Virus record (IMG/VR): IMGVR_UViG_3300044678_001935
Coordinates: 1 to 35,981 of that record
Strand: one strand, 5' to 3'
Length of the DNA stretch: 35,981 nucleotides
DNA from: a virus
Lineage: Duplodnaviria > Heunggongvirae > Uroviricota > Caudoviricetes
Shown here in pieces: positions 26,549 to 33,703 of the stretch. The stretch's first letter is position 1, and each line of letters opens with the position of its first letter. The position numbers and the translations under genes were made by a program. The notes below the pieces were generated by a model, which ran no database searches, was not told where the DNA came from, and saw only the letters and a list, made by a program, of their open reading frames with translations.

Positions 26549-26610
26549 GTCAGCGAACTCAAAAGGTTCACATAAATACTATTTCGTAATGAATTAGTAT
26601 GAAACCAAGA

Positions 26611-26675
26611 GCCGTGGATGAAGATCAACTGGGAAGTTGATAGTGACACTTCGTCAATGCGCGGATGCCGAATTC
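26611..26675 (+). ncRNA. Putative structured RNA leader upstream of rlpA
   Basis: Nested helices CCGTG/CGCGG, GATGAAG/CTTCGTC and ATCAACT-GGGA-AGTTGAT in a GC-richer noncoding gap. Confidence 0.5.
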
Positions 26676-26686
26676 AGTAAAAATTA

Positions 26687-27160
26687 ATGCTTTTTAACGA
26701 CAAAATTTTAACACTTTTTGCTTGTGGTGCTGTTGGAGCCGCAACAATGACTCCAATGACTTCACAGGCAATTTCTGTATCTACTTACAATCCTGACTCG
26801 TTTAATTATCAAACAAAATGGGACAGAGAGTTTGAACAAAAAACTCCAACATATAAAACTCCTCTAGCGAGTGTGTATTACGGTCAGGCAAGTTGGTACG
26901 GTCCAGGTTTTTATGGAAACACCACAGCTAATGGTGAAGTTTATCGTCCAGGCACAATGACTGCCGCTCACCGTTCACTTCCTTTTGGCACCAAAGTTCG
27001 GGTTACCAACCTCAATAATGGCCGCTCAAGAATCGTAAGAATCAACGATCGCGGTCCTTATGTTGGTGGCCGAATTCTGGATCTCTCGGAATCAGCAGCA
27101 CAATCTTTAGGTGTTATTAATTCCGGTGTGGCTTCCGTAAAAGTTGAAGTGTTAAATTGA
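26687..27160 (+). CDS. rlpA: RlpA-like (DPBB) lytic transglycosylase
   Basis: GQASWYG, TAAHRSLPFGTKVRVTN, VRINDRGPY, ILDLS; N-terminal signal-like segment. Confidence 0.9.
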   Translation: MLFNDKILTLFACGAVGAATMTPMTSQAISVSTYNPDSFNYQTKWDREFEQKTPTYKTPLASVYYGQASWYGPGFYGNTTANGEVYRPGTMTAAHRSLPFGTKVRVTNLNNGRSRIVRINDRGPYVGGRILDLSESAAQSLGVINSGVASVKVEVLN

Positions 27161-27170
27161 GCCGGAACTA

Positions 27171-27626
27171 ATGTTTTATCAAATAGAAGAAGTACGCTTT
27201 ATACAACCTGATTATTATCAGGTTTTTTCTAACAATAGAGAAAAATTCAATAGGTTTAACGGATACCGCAATAATTGCGCAAATACAGTAAGAACCTTTC
27301 TTACTCTTTTAGGTTACGATTCCTCAGACGTAACAGCCTGGGCGGATACGATTAGAAACGTGGGTCATATATCTTATGATCCAAATAAACTAAAAGAAGG
27401 TGATATTGTGGCCATGGGCCGCCCCGGTGATACCTGGCATGTTGGTGTTTATCTCGGAGATGGAAAGGTTTTACATCAATCTGCAATGAGAGGCTACAAT
27501 GTCGGGGTCTATAATGATCTCAATGCCTTTATCAATGACCGAAGAGGATTTTACTTTGTAAGACCGACAAGTTCTTATAAAAAGATTCTAGAAAATCAAT
27601 TCTATGCCTTTCCGACCGTCTCATAA
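27171..27626 (+). CDS. NlpC/P60 family cell-wall peptidase
   Basis: NNCANTV (catalytic Cys), EGDIV, WHVGVYLGDGKVLHQS. Confidence 0.8.
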   Translation: MFYQIEEVRFIQPDYYQVFSNNREKFNRFNGYRNNCANTVRTFLTLLGYDSSDVTAWADTIRNVGHISYDPNKLKEGDIVAMGRPGDTWHVGVYLGDGKVLHQSAMRGYNVGVYNDLNAFINDRRGFYFVRPTSSYKKILENQFYAFPTVS

Positions 27627-27648
27627 ATAGAACAAAACGTTCTACTTT

Positions 27649-27858
27649 ATGATTGGTTTTATTACAGAAGATGGTTATGCGGCGGTTCCTTTCGGTAAAG
27701 AACTTATGATAATTTACGACGGAAAACAATTGGACGTTGTAAAAACAGTCAAAAAAGCGAGAGACTATATCGCTAACCATAAAACCAATTCCGAAACTGT
27801 CCAACCCACACCCAAAAAGTCAGCTAGTTCTGCTAGAGTGAGAAAAACTAAAACATGA
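27649..27858 (+). CDS. Conserved cyanophage-type hypothetical protein
   Basis: YAAVPFGKELMIIYDGKQL; ATAAATA at 27623..27629. Confidence 0.65.
   Translation: MIGFITEDGYAAVPFGKELMIIYDGKQLDVVKTVKKARDYIANHKTNSETVQPTPKKSASSARVRKTKT
27784..27839 (+). promoter_or_regulatory. Early promoter with upstream dyad box (intragenic)
   Basis: ACCA-N10-TGTC; TG-C-TAGAGT. Confidence 0.55.
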
Positions 27859-28061
27859 ACATATTACTCGCCGAATACATTGCTATTTGCAACACTTTAA
27901 ACTTTCTTTATGAGTTAGTGGATGAGACAAAAACACCAAAGATTTCTAATAATATTAGAGAAAAAGCAAGAATGTGTTTGAAGAATTATCCAAACCCAAC
28001 GACATTAAAAGAATTATACGATAAGACTGATTCTTATCACAAAATTCCTAAAAGGTATTAA
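27855..28061 (+). CDS. Hypothetical phage protein
   Basis: IREKARMCLKNYP. Confidence 0.55.
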   Translation: MNILLAEYIAICNTLNFLYELVDETKTPKISNNIREKARMCLKNYPNPTTLKELYDKTDSYHKIPKRY

Positions 28062-28065
28062 GAAT

Positions 28066-28227
28066 ATGGAATTTCTACTAGCCACTGTAATTACTTGTTC
28101 CCAATTAAATGTTATTTTGTTAAGACTTAATAATAGTCTTGACTTAACACCGAAACAAAAAATAGAAGTGGTTAGGGAATTGTCTGCATTTGTTAAAACG
28201 TGTCCTATAGTAATTAAAAAAGGCTAA
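28066..28227 (+). CDS. Conserved cyanophage-type small protein
   Basis: MEFLLATVITCSQ...KQKIEVVREL..KTCPIVIKKG, 53 aa, not in the ORF track. Confidence 0.6.
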   Translation: MEFLLATVITCSQLNVILLRLNNSLDLTPKQKIEVVRELSAFVKTCPIVIKKG

Positions 28228-28475
28228 TGAATTCAATCTACTATTATTCGCTCTTTACTGTATTCGGTATTGTCGCATTTATGATTGTTGTGGATAAGAA
28301 TGTGGGAGAATACCTACTCCTTTCTATTAAGATGTTGAAGATTAATATTGAGCGTTTAAAGTGGATGACCATTTATCACCCAAATAATCCTATTACTACT
28401 TGGTGGATGAATCGCAAGTTGAAAAAATTTATTAAGGAAATGCAGGCCAGATCAGAAACTGTCCAGTCTGAATGA
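28227..28475 (+). CDS. Conserved cyanophage-type membrane protein
   Basis: YSLFTVFGIVAFMIVVD..HPNNPITTWWM. Confidence 0.7.
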   Translation: MNSIYYYSLFTVFGIVAFMIVVDKNVGEYLLLSIKMLKINIERLKWMTIYHPNNPITTWWMNRKLKKFIKEMQARSETVQSE

Positions 28476-28501
28476 GAGGCAGACCGAACATGTGCTATAC
28501 T
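28446..28501 (+). promoter_or_regulatory. Early promoter with upstream dyad box
   Basis: GCCA-N10-TGTC; TG-C-TATACT. Confidence 0.7.
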
Positions 28502-28521
28502 GATTTCAGTTGCGAAAGACC

Positions 28522-29076
28522 ATGCCTGAAATCTTTGATAGTGAGAATCTAACAGAACGCATTAACAAGATCCGAAAAGAAGGAGAAGATTCAACAGAAT
28601 TTACACTAGAATTTCTCCAGTGTTTAATGGAGAGGCATAATCTAGGGTTTTCAATTCCTACCGACTTTTCAGATCCAGATGTTCCTCAAATTATTTTTGA
28701 AACTCTTACTTCTGGTGAATTGCCAACAAAGGAACAAATTCTTTTGATGGATAGTGATACACAAAATCATCTTATTATTGAGTTGATTTGGTTGTGTGGT
28801 ATGTACGCAATCCATAATTACTCTGTTGAATGGGGTGAAGACTACCTAGAATCTATTTTGGCGATGTTAGATGTTGATGCCGGACATTTCATCGGTTGTT
28901 ATCTAATTTCCGTTTTTACTCTTTTAATGGGGACAGTTCCTTCTATAAGTCTCGTAGAATCACTGACTAATAATTTTGACTGTTCACCAGAAATCTTGAA
29001 TAAGACTCAGGATATTTTTCTTGAGACTGCTTATTCTATTCTTCTTCGTTGGAAAGAAGACCAACAACATTACTAA
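28522..29076 (+). CDS. Hypothetical acidic helical protein
   Basis: Start moved to ATG 28522. Confidence 0.65.
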   Translation: MPEIFDSENLTERINKIRKEGEDSTEFTLEFLQCLMERHNLGFSIPTDFSDPDVPQIIFETLTSGELPTKEQILLMDSDTQNHLIIELIWLCGMYAIHNYSVEWGEDYLESILAMLDVDAGHFIGCYLISVFTLLMGTVPSISLVESLTNNFDCSPEILNKTQDIFLETAYSILLRWKEDQQHY

Positions 29077-29108
29077 TCTATTATCAATTTATCCAAGGAG
29101 ATTTAATT

Positions 29109-29330
29109 ATGGCTTTATCTGAAAGTGTGGAGCAAAGTCTTGACGAGGCTTCTTCGGCTCTTAAAAATGCTCTCGCTTATTCCGCAAGACAAGAAGCACC
29201 CTTTGTGTCCGTTGGGATCGCAAATATGATTCAAACAATTGAAAGTATTAAACAGGCCGATAAGTTTCAGGACAAGGTGCAGGACTTTATTAACAAAAAT
29301 AATAATATTGACGGATTTTTTAATTCATAA
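29109..29330 (+). CDS. Conserved cyanophage-type hypothetical protein
   Basis: MALSESVEQSLDEA..LKNALAYSARQE; AAGGAG SD. Confidence 0.7.
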   Translation: MALSESVEQSLDEASSALKNALAYSARQEAPFVSVGIANMIQTIESIKQADKFQDKVQDFINKNNNIDGFFNS

Positions 29331-29380
29331 TTTCAGCTCTTAATATTGGGAATCTATTGTTTTGGAATTGAATAATTATT

Positions 29381-29941
29381 ATGATTAATTACGATCTAGC
29401 AACAAGTCCCAACACATCGCCAGAATCCTTAGAACGTCTGGCTAACGATAAGGATTATATGGTTCGTCGTGGTGTTGTATTAAATCCCAATATACCACCA
29501 GAAACCTTAGAAAGTTTGGCGAATGATAATAGTTATTATGTTCGTGGCTGGGTTGCAAGAAATCCCAATACACCACCAGAAACCTTAGAGCGTTTGGCTA
29601 ATGATGAGGATTGGCGTGTTCGTCGTAGGGTTGCAAATAATCCAAACACCCCACCAGAAACGTTAGAACGTCTGGCTCATGATGAGGATTGGCGTGTTCG
29701 TTATGGGGTTGTAGGGAATCCTAATACAACAACAGAAATCTTAGAACGTCTGGCTGATGATGAGGATTTAAATGTTCGTTATTATGTTGCAAGAAATCCC
29801 AACACACCACCAGAAACCTTAGCTCGTCTGGCTAATGATGAGGATTGGTATGTTCGTGAATGTGTAGTAAGAAATCCTAATACACCACAATACATTAAAG
29901 ATTATCTTAAAATCAAAAAGTTTCTGAATTGTTATGAGTAA
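29381..29941 (+). CDS. LRV repeat protein B, 6 repeats
   Basis: Six 26-aa units with MINYDLA N-cap and PQYIKDYLKIK C-cap. Confidence 0.85.
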   Translation: MINYDLATSPNTSPESLERLANDKDYMVRRGVVLNPNIPPETLESLANDNSYYVRGWVARNPNTPPETLERLANDEDWRVRRRVANNPNTPPETLERLAHDEDWRVRYGVVGNPNTTTEILERLADDEDLNVRYYVARNPNTPPETLARLANDEDWYVRECVVRNPNTPQYIKDYLKIKKFLNCYE

Positions 29942-30197
29942 TTTTGATCTTGCAAAAAATCCCAACACACCACCAGAAACCTTAGAACATCTGGCTAATG
30001 ATAAGGATTGGCTTGTTCGTTGTAGGGTTGCGCGAAATCTTAACACAACAACAGAAACCTTAGAACGTCTGGCTAATGATGAGGATTGGTATGTTCGTTA
30101 TGAGGTTGCAAAAAATCCCAACACCCCACAATACATTCTAACTTATTTTAAAATCAAAAAGTTTTTAACACACTATAACTGTTTTAATCATGAATGA
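29934..30197 (+). CDS. LRV repeat protein C, 2 repeats
   Basis: Same caps; start overlaps the stop of gene B. Confidence 0.8.
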   Translation: MSNFDLAKNPNTPPETLEHLANDKDWLVRCRVARNLNTTTETLERLANDEDWYVRYEVAKNPNTPQYILTYFKIKKFLTHYNCFNHE

Positions 30198-30429
30198 ATT
30201 CACAATTTACTCTAAACCTGATTGCCCATACTGTGTAAAAATTAAGCATATTATGGAGTTAAAGAAGTTTCCTCATAAAATTTATACCTTAGGTGTTGAT
30301 TTTTCAAAAGAAGAATTTTACGATAAATTTGGAGAAGGGTCCACGTTTCCACAGGTTATTCATGAGAACATTACTCTTGGTGGATGTGTGGATACGGTAA
30401 AATATCTAAAACAAAAAGAATTAATTTGA
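30190..30429 (+). CDS. grx: Glutaredoxin
   Basis: IYSKPDCPYC, TFPQV, LGGC. Confidence 0.9.
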   Translation: MNEFTIYSKPDCPYCVKIKHIMELKKFPHKIYTLGVDFSKEEFYDKFGEGSTFPQVIHENITLGGCVDTVKYLKQKELI

Positions 30430-30430
30430 C

Positions 30431-30787
30431 ATGGATGAGATCTATAATGATATACAACAGGCTATTGATTATGCTTTTATTGACAAAAAATATTTGTTAG
30501 ATTCCTTCAAATATCTCAAATGTAAAAACGTCAAAAGGCTTCATGCTCAGACGATTTTAAGGTCTGCATTAACAAGAGAATTACAATCCTATGTTATTGA
30601 ATTAAACCGATACGTTAAAGGATCCAAAGATCCAGAAACTGAATATGCTACAGAAGCCTATGGTTTTCTGAGTAAACCAGAAGCCAGAAAGTTAGCTACC
30701 TATTTTGATAACATCGTAGAGGGAATCAAGAAGTATATAAATGACAAAAAAGGAGCACTCAAAAAATCAAAACGACCAACTAAATAA
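30431..30787 (+). CDS. Conserved cyanophage-type hypothetical protein
   Basis: EAYGFLSKPEARKL. Confidence 0.7.
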   Translation: MDEIYNDIQQAIDYAFIDKKYLLDSFKYLKCKNVKRLHAQTILRSALTRELQSYVIELNRYVKGSKDPETEYATEAYGFLSKPEARKLATYFDNIVEGIKKYINDKKGALKKSKRPTK

Positions 30788-30965
30788 AGTTGACAGGGGC
30801 CTACAATTTATGCTCCATTCAAAATTAAAGGAGGAACACATCTTTAGTTTAATATGGGGAAAGATGGTTACTTTTTTTGATAAGGAATACCATCTTCGTT
30901 TTGAGTTTTACATCAAACCAAAAAGGAGATTAACTAATGATCGCAGCCACAATATTAACGCTTAG
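30741..30965 (+). CDS. Conserved cyanophage-type hypothetical protein (start uncertain)
   Basis: LNKVDRGLQFML..KMVTFFDKEYHLRFEF. Confidence 0.55.
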   Translation: MTKKEHSKNQNDQLNKVDRGLQFMLHSKLKEEHIFSLIWGKMVTFFDKEYHLRFEFYIKPKRRLTNDRSHNINA

Positions 30966-31182
30966 TGTTCTTGTTTTAGTTTCATTTATGGCCATCGGGG
31001 TTATCGTAGGATACCTAGTCCGACAGTATTTTGAAGAAAATAAGCCAATTTATACCTCACACCCTGAGCTTTGGGACCCAGAAACCGGAAGACTTATTGT
31101 TGATTCTGACATTTTAGCTATAAGAGTTGAAAATGAAAGTGGCCTACCCCTGGGAATGGAGGACGAAGACTCCGAAGAATAA
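30937..31182 (+). CDS. Conserved cyanophage-type membrane-anchored protein
   Basis: N-terminal TM helix, HPELWD..ILAIRVEN, acidic tail. Confidence 0.7.
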   Translation: MIAATILTLSVLVLVSFMAIGVIVGYLVRQYFEENKPIYTSHPELWDPETGRLIVDSDILAIRVENESGLPLGMEDEDSEE

Positions 31183-31204
31183 ACTACACATTGAAGAATA
31201 AGAT

Positions 31205-31741
31205 ATGACAACAAAAACAAAAGAGGTGAAATTATCACCCAATCCATTCATGTTTGAAGTTCTAGATTTAGTTCTGAAGCAGAGAACAAAAGCAAACAAA
31301 ATTAAGGTATTAAGAGAGTACAGAGACGATAGTATTATTGCCGTTTTTCTCTGGAACTATGTTCCAGCTTTAGTGTCAGCTCTTCCACCCGGAGAAGTCC
31401 CGTATGCGGCTCTTAAAGATCTTGAAGTGGGAAATGATACACTTTCAGATACGGTGAAAAAACAGATTGAATCTTCAACAGCAATGGACTCCATGGGTTC
31501 AAACCAAAGAACCAGCATTCGTAGAGAGTTTCAGATTTTTTATAATTTCTTAAAAGGTGGTAATGATAGTCTCTCTAGTGTTAGAAGAGAAACAATTTTT
31601 ATTAACTTAATAGAAGGTCTTCATCCAAGAGAAGCAGAGATTCTTATGTTAACAAAAGATAAGAGACTAACCGATCGTTATAATCTGCCTTTTGATCTGA
31701 TTCGTGAAGCATATCCTGACGTTACCTGGGACAGATCATGA
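31205..31741 (+). CDS. Conserved T4-like cyanophage hypothetical protein
   Basis: NPFMFEVL, LPPGEVPY, RRETIFINLIEGLHPREAEIL. Confidence 0.8.
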   Translation: MTTKTKEVKLSPNPFMFEVLDLVLKQRTKANKIKVLREYRDDSIIAVFLWNYVPALVSALPPGEVPYAALKDLEVGNDTLSDTVKKQIESSTAMDSMGSNQRTSIRREFQIFYNFLKGGNDSLSSVRRETIFINLIEGLHPREAEILMLTKDKRLTDRYNLPFDLIREAYPDVTWDRS

Positions 31742-32043
31742 TTTGGAGTGAAGACGAGAAAAAGACATTACCCATACAATATAATTGCGAACTTCTTTTC
31801 CATAACGCAGAAGAAGCACAGATTAAAAGCCTAAGTCTTCCTAGTGATGCTTACATTGTAGAATATACAACGGAAAAAGGAGAACATGTAGACTTATGCC
31901 GGTCCAGTAAGATGTCAAATATATTTGATTTATATTATGATAAGATTGGTAATAACATTCGTAAGATTGACTTTGGTTATGGAAGAGTTAATCCTAAACT
32001 ATGGGGATATTCTGCACCGGAAAAAAAGAGGAGAAAACAATAA
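31738..32043 (+). CDS. Conserved cyanophage-type hypothetical protein
   Basis: LPSDAYIVEY, IFDLYYDK, FGYGRVNPKLWG. Confidence 0.75.
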   Translation: MIWSEDEKKTLPIQYNCELLFHNAEEAQIKSLSLPSDAYIVEYTTEKGEHVDLCRSSKMSNIFDLYYDKIGNNIRKIDFGYGRVNPKLWGYSAPEKKRRKQ

Positions 32044-32234
32044 TGCAAGGGTTTGAATCTGCAAAAGTACAAGGAAAAATAAACAGAGACGAACTGAATA
32101 ATATTATCCGTAAGTATAAAAAGGCTAAAAAATACATGAGATCCGGCGTCTTTGCTATTAAGACAATGGACGGAACCGAGGAATATATTTCCTCTCTTAT
32201 GAATGAATCAAATGATCCCTCGCTTGTGAACTAA
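32043..32234 (+). CDS. Conserved cyanophage-type small protein
   Basis: MQGF..IIRKYKKAKKYMRS..FAIKTMDGTEEYI. Confidence 0.7.
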   Translation: MQGFESAKVQGKINRDELNNIIRKYKKAKKYMRSGVFAIKTMDGTEEYISSLMNESNDPSLVN

Positions 32235-32560
32235 TGGGTAAGCATTATCTACTGAATCTCTATGGTTGCCAATTTCATTCCTTGAATGATTTGAATTTTA
32301 TTACTCAACTATTAAAGGATGCCGCCATCTTATGCGAGGCGACTATTCTTAATGTTGCCACACATCAATTTGATCCATATGGGGTTACGGTAGTTTTAAT
32401 GCTCGCAGAATCACACATAAGCATTCATACATGGCCCGATAAAGGAACCGCCGCATGTGATGTTTATACTTGTTCACAAACAGATCCTAAGATTGGTTGT
32501 GATTTTATTATAGAGAAGTTAAAACCTTCTAATTACGAACTGACTTTCATTCAGAGGTGA
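32234..32560 (+). CDS. speD: S-adenosylmethionine decarboxylase proenzyme
   Basis: GKHYLLNLYGC, HQFDPYGVT, LAESHISIHTWP (self-cleavage site), CDVYTC. Confidence 0.92.
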   Translation: MGKHYLLNLYGCQFHSLNDLNFITQLLKDAAILCEATILNVATHQFDPYGVTVVLMLAESHISIHTWPDKGTAACDVYTCSQTDPKIGCDFIIEKLKPSNYELTFIQR

Positions 32561-32616
32561 GTCAGTTCGTAAACTGTCCACACATTACGACAACTCTCGG
32601 CTGTATGTGATATACT
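32561..32616 (+). promoter_or_regulatory. Early promoter with upstream dyad box driving the riboswitch transcript
   Basis: GTCA-N10-TGTC (CAGTT-N4-AACTG); TG-A-TATACT. Confidence 0.7.
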
Positions 32617-32644
32617 GGTAGAAAGCTAAGAGATTAGCTTCATC

Positions 32645-32693
32645 CGTTGACTGGAATTCTCCAGTGGAAGTAGTCTTATGACGAAGCAACGCG
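32645..32693 (+). ncRNA. Glutamine riboswitch (glnA motif, type I)
   Basis: CGTTG-A-[ACTGGA/TCCAGT hairpin]-GGAAGTA-[GTC/GAC hairpin]-GAAG-CAACGCG matches the glnA aptamer consensus. Confidence 0.85.
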
Positions 32694-32721
32694 AAATTCC
32701 ACTTTCAATTAGGAGAAAACC

Positions 32722-32823
32722 ATGAAACCAACTTTCGTTCATATTATCAAAAATAAAATTCGTAAGGAAGCTCTTATTAAAAATAGTCAATACGAAATGG
32801 CCAAGAAATCACAAATTTGTTGA
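32722..32823 (+). CDS. Riboswitch-controlled 33-aa basic peptide (possible glutamine synthetase inactivating factor-like)
   Basis: AGGAG SD at 32711; MKPTFVHIIKNKIRKEALIKNSQYEMAKKSQIC; not in the ORF track. Confidence 0.7.
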   Translation: MKPTFVHIIKNKIRKEALIKNSQYEMAKKSQIC

Positions 32824-32897
32824 TTATATTAGTGGTTTATTTTTTGATTTGCATGAGAATTTCTCAATCAGCCCTAAATTAAAGTTTTTGAATCGTT

Positions 32898-33152
32898 ATG
32901 AGTAATTATGATCTAGCAGAAAATCACAACACACCACCAGAAACCTTAGAACGGCTGGCTAATGGTGGTAATGCTAATCTTCGTTGGCTTGTTGCATTTA
33001 ATCCCAACACACCACCAGAAGCCTTAGAACGTCTGGCGAATGATGAGGATTCAGAAATTCGTTATGAGGTTGCAAATAATATTAACACACCACAATACAT
33101 CAAAGATTATCTAAAAATCAAGGAGTTTCTGAATCGTTATGAGCAATTATGA
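32898..33152 (+). CDS. LRV repeat protein D, 2 repeats
   Basis: MSNYDLA N-cap, two units, PQYIKDYLKIKEFL cap. Confidence 0.8.
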   Translation: MSNYDLAENHNTPPETLERLANGGNANLRWLVAFNPNTPPEALERLANDEDSEIRYEVANNINTPQYIKDYLKIKEFLNRYEQL

Positions 33153-33465
33153 TCTAGCAAGAAATCCCAACACACCACCAGAAACATTAGCGCGGCTAGC
33201 TACTGATAAGGATTATAACGTTCGTCGTGAGGTTGCAAGAAATCCCAACACACCAATAGAAATCTTAGAACGTCTGGCTAATGATGAGCATCTGCATGTT
33301 CGTTGTTGGGTTGCATTGAATCCCAACACATCGACAGAAATCTTAGAACGTCTTGCTAATGATAACGATTTTTGGGTTCGTAGCAGTGTTGAATTAAATC
33401 CCAACACACCACAATACATTAAAACTTATTTCAAAATTAAAAGAATATTACGTTGTTATGAATAA
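33139..33465 (+). CDS. LRV repeat protein E, 3 repeats
   Basis: Same caps; start overlaps the end of gene D. Confidence 0.8.
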   Translation: MSNYDLARNPNTPPETLARLATDKDYNVRREVARNPNTPIEILERLANDEHLHVRCWVALNPNTSTEILERLANDNDFWVRSSVELNPNTPQYIKTYFKIKRILRCYE

Positions 33466-33700
33466 GAAAAAAACATTATTACTTATAGATAGCTTACAGA
33501 ATTTATTAGATGTATTAAGAGAAGAGCTAACAGAAAATGATATTACTCCAGCAGATAATAAGATATCCATAAATGATCTTTTATCACGAGATATTTCTAA
33601 AGAAATAGAATATGCTGAAGAAGGAGTTGATGGCCCGGATATATTATTGAATAGTGAAGAAGAAAGAAAATTTTACGAAAGATTTAACTTAGGAGAGTAA
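33458..33700 (+). CDS. Conserved cyanophage-type hypothetical protein
   Basis: LLLIDSLQNLLDVLREEL. Confidence 0.6.
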   Translation: MNKKKTLLLIDSLQNLLDVLREELTENDITPADNKISINDLLSRDISKEIEYAEEGVDGPDILLNSEEERKFYERFNLGE

Positions 33701-33703
33701 CTT

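Noticed and set aside
29381-30197. 78-bp periodic repeats as a CRISPR array
   Set aside because: Repeats are in-frame coding units with graded divergence and no unique spacers; no cas genes.
32603-32615. NtcA site at the riboswitch promoter
   Set aside because: The sequence is GTA-N7-TAC rather than GTA-N8-TAC and overlaps the -10 box.
5595-33419. Minus-strand ORFs of 60-125 aa in the track (e.g. 5595, 6274, 9904, 11274, 11843, 12644, 14046, 17532, 19135, 22274, 23989, 27532, 29819, 33213)
   Set aside because: Antisense to well-supported + strand genes, with no motifs or SD; only 3200..3626 has its own space and promoter.
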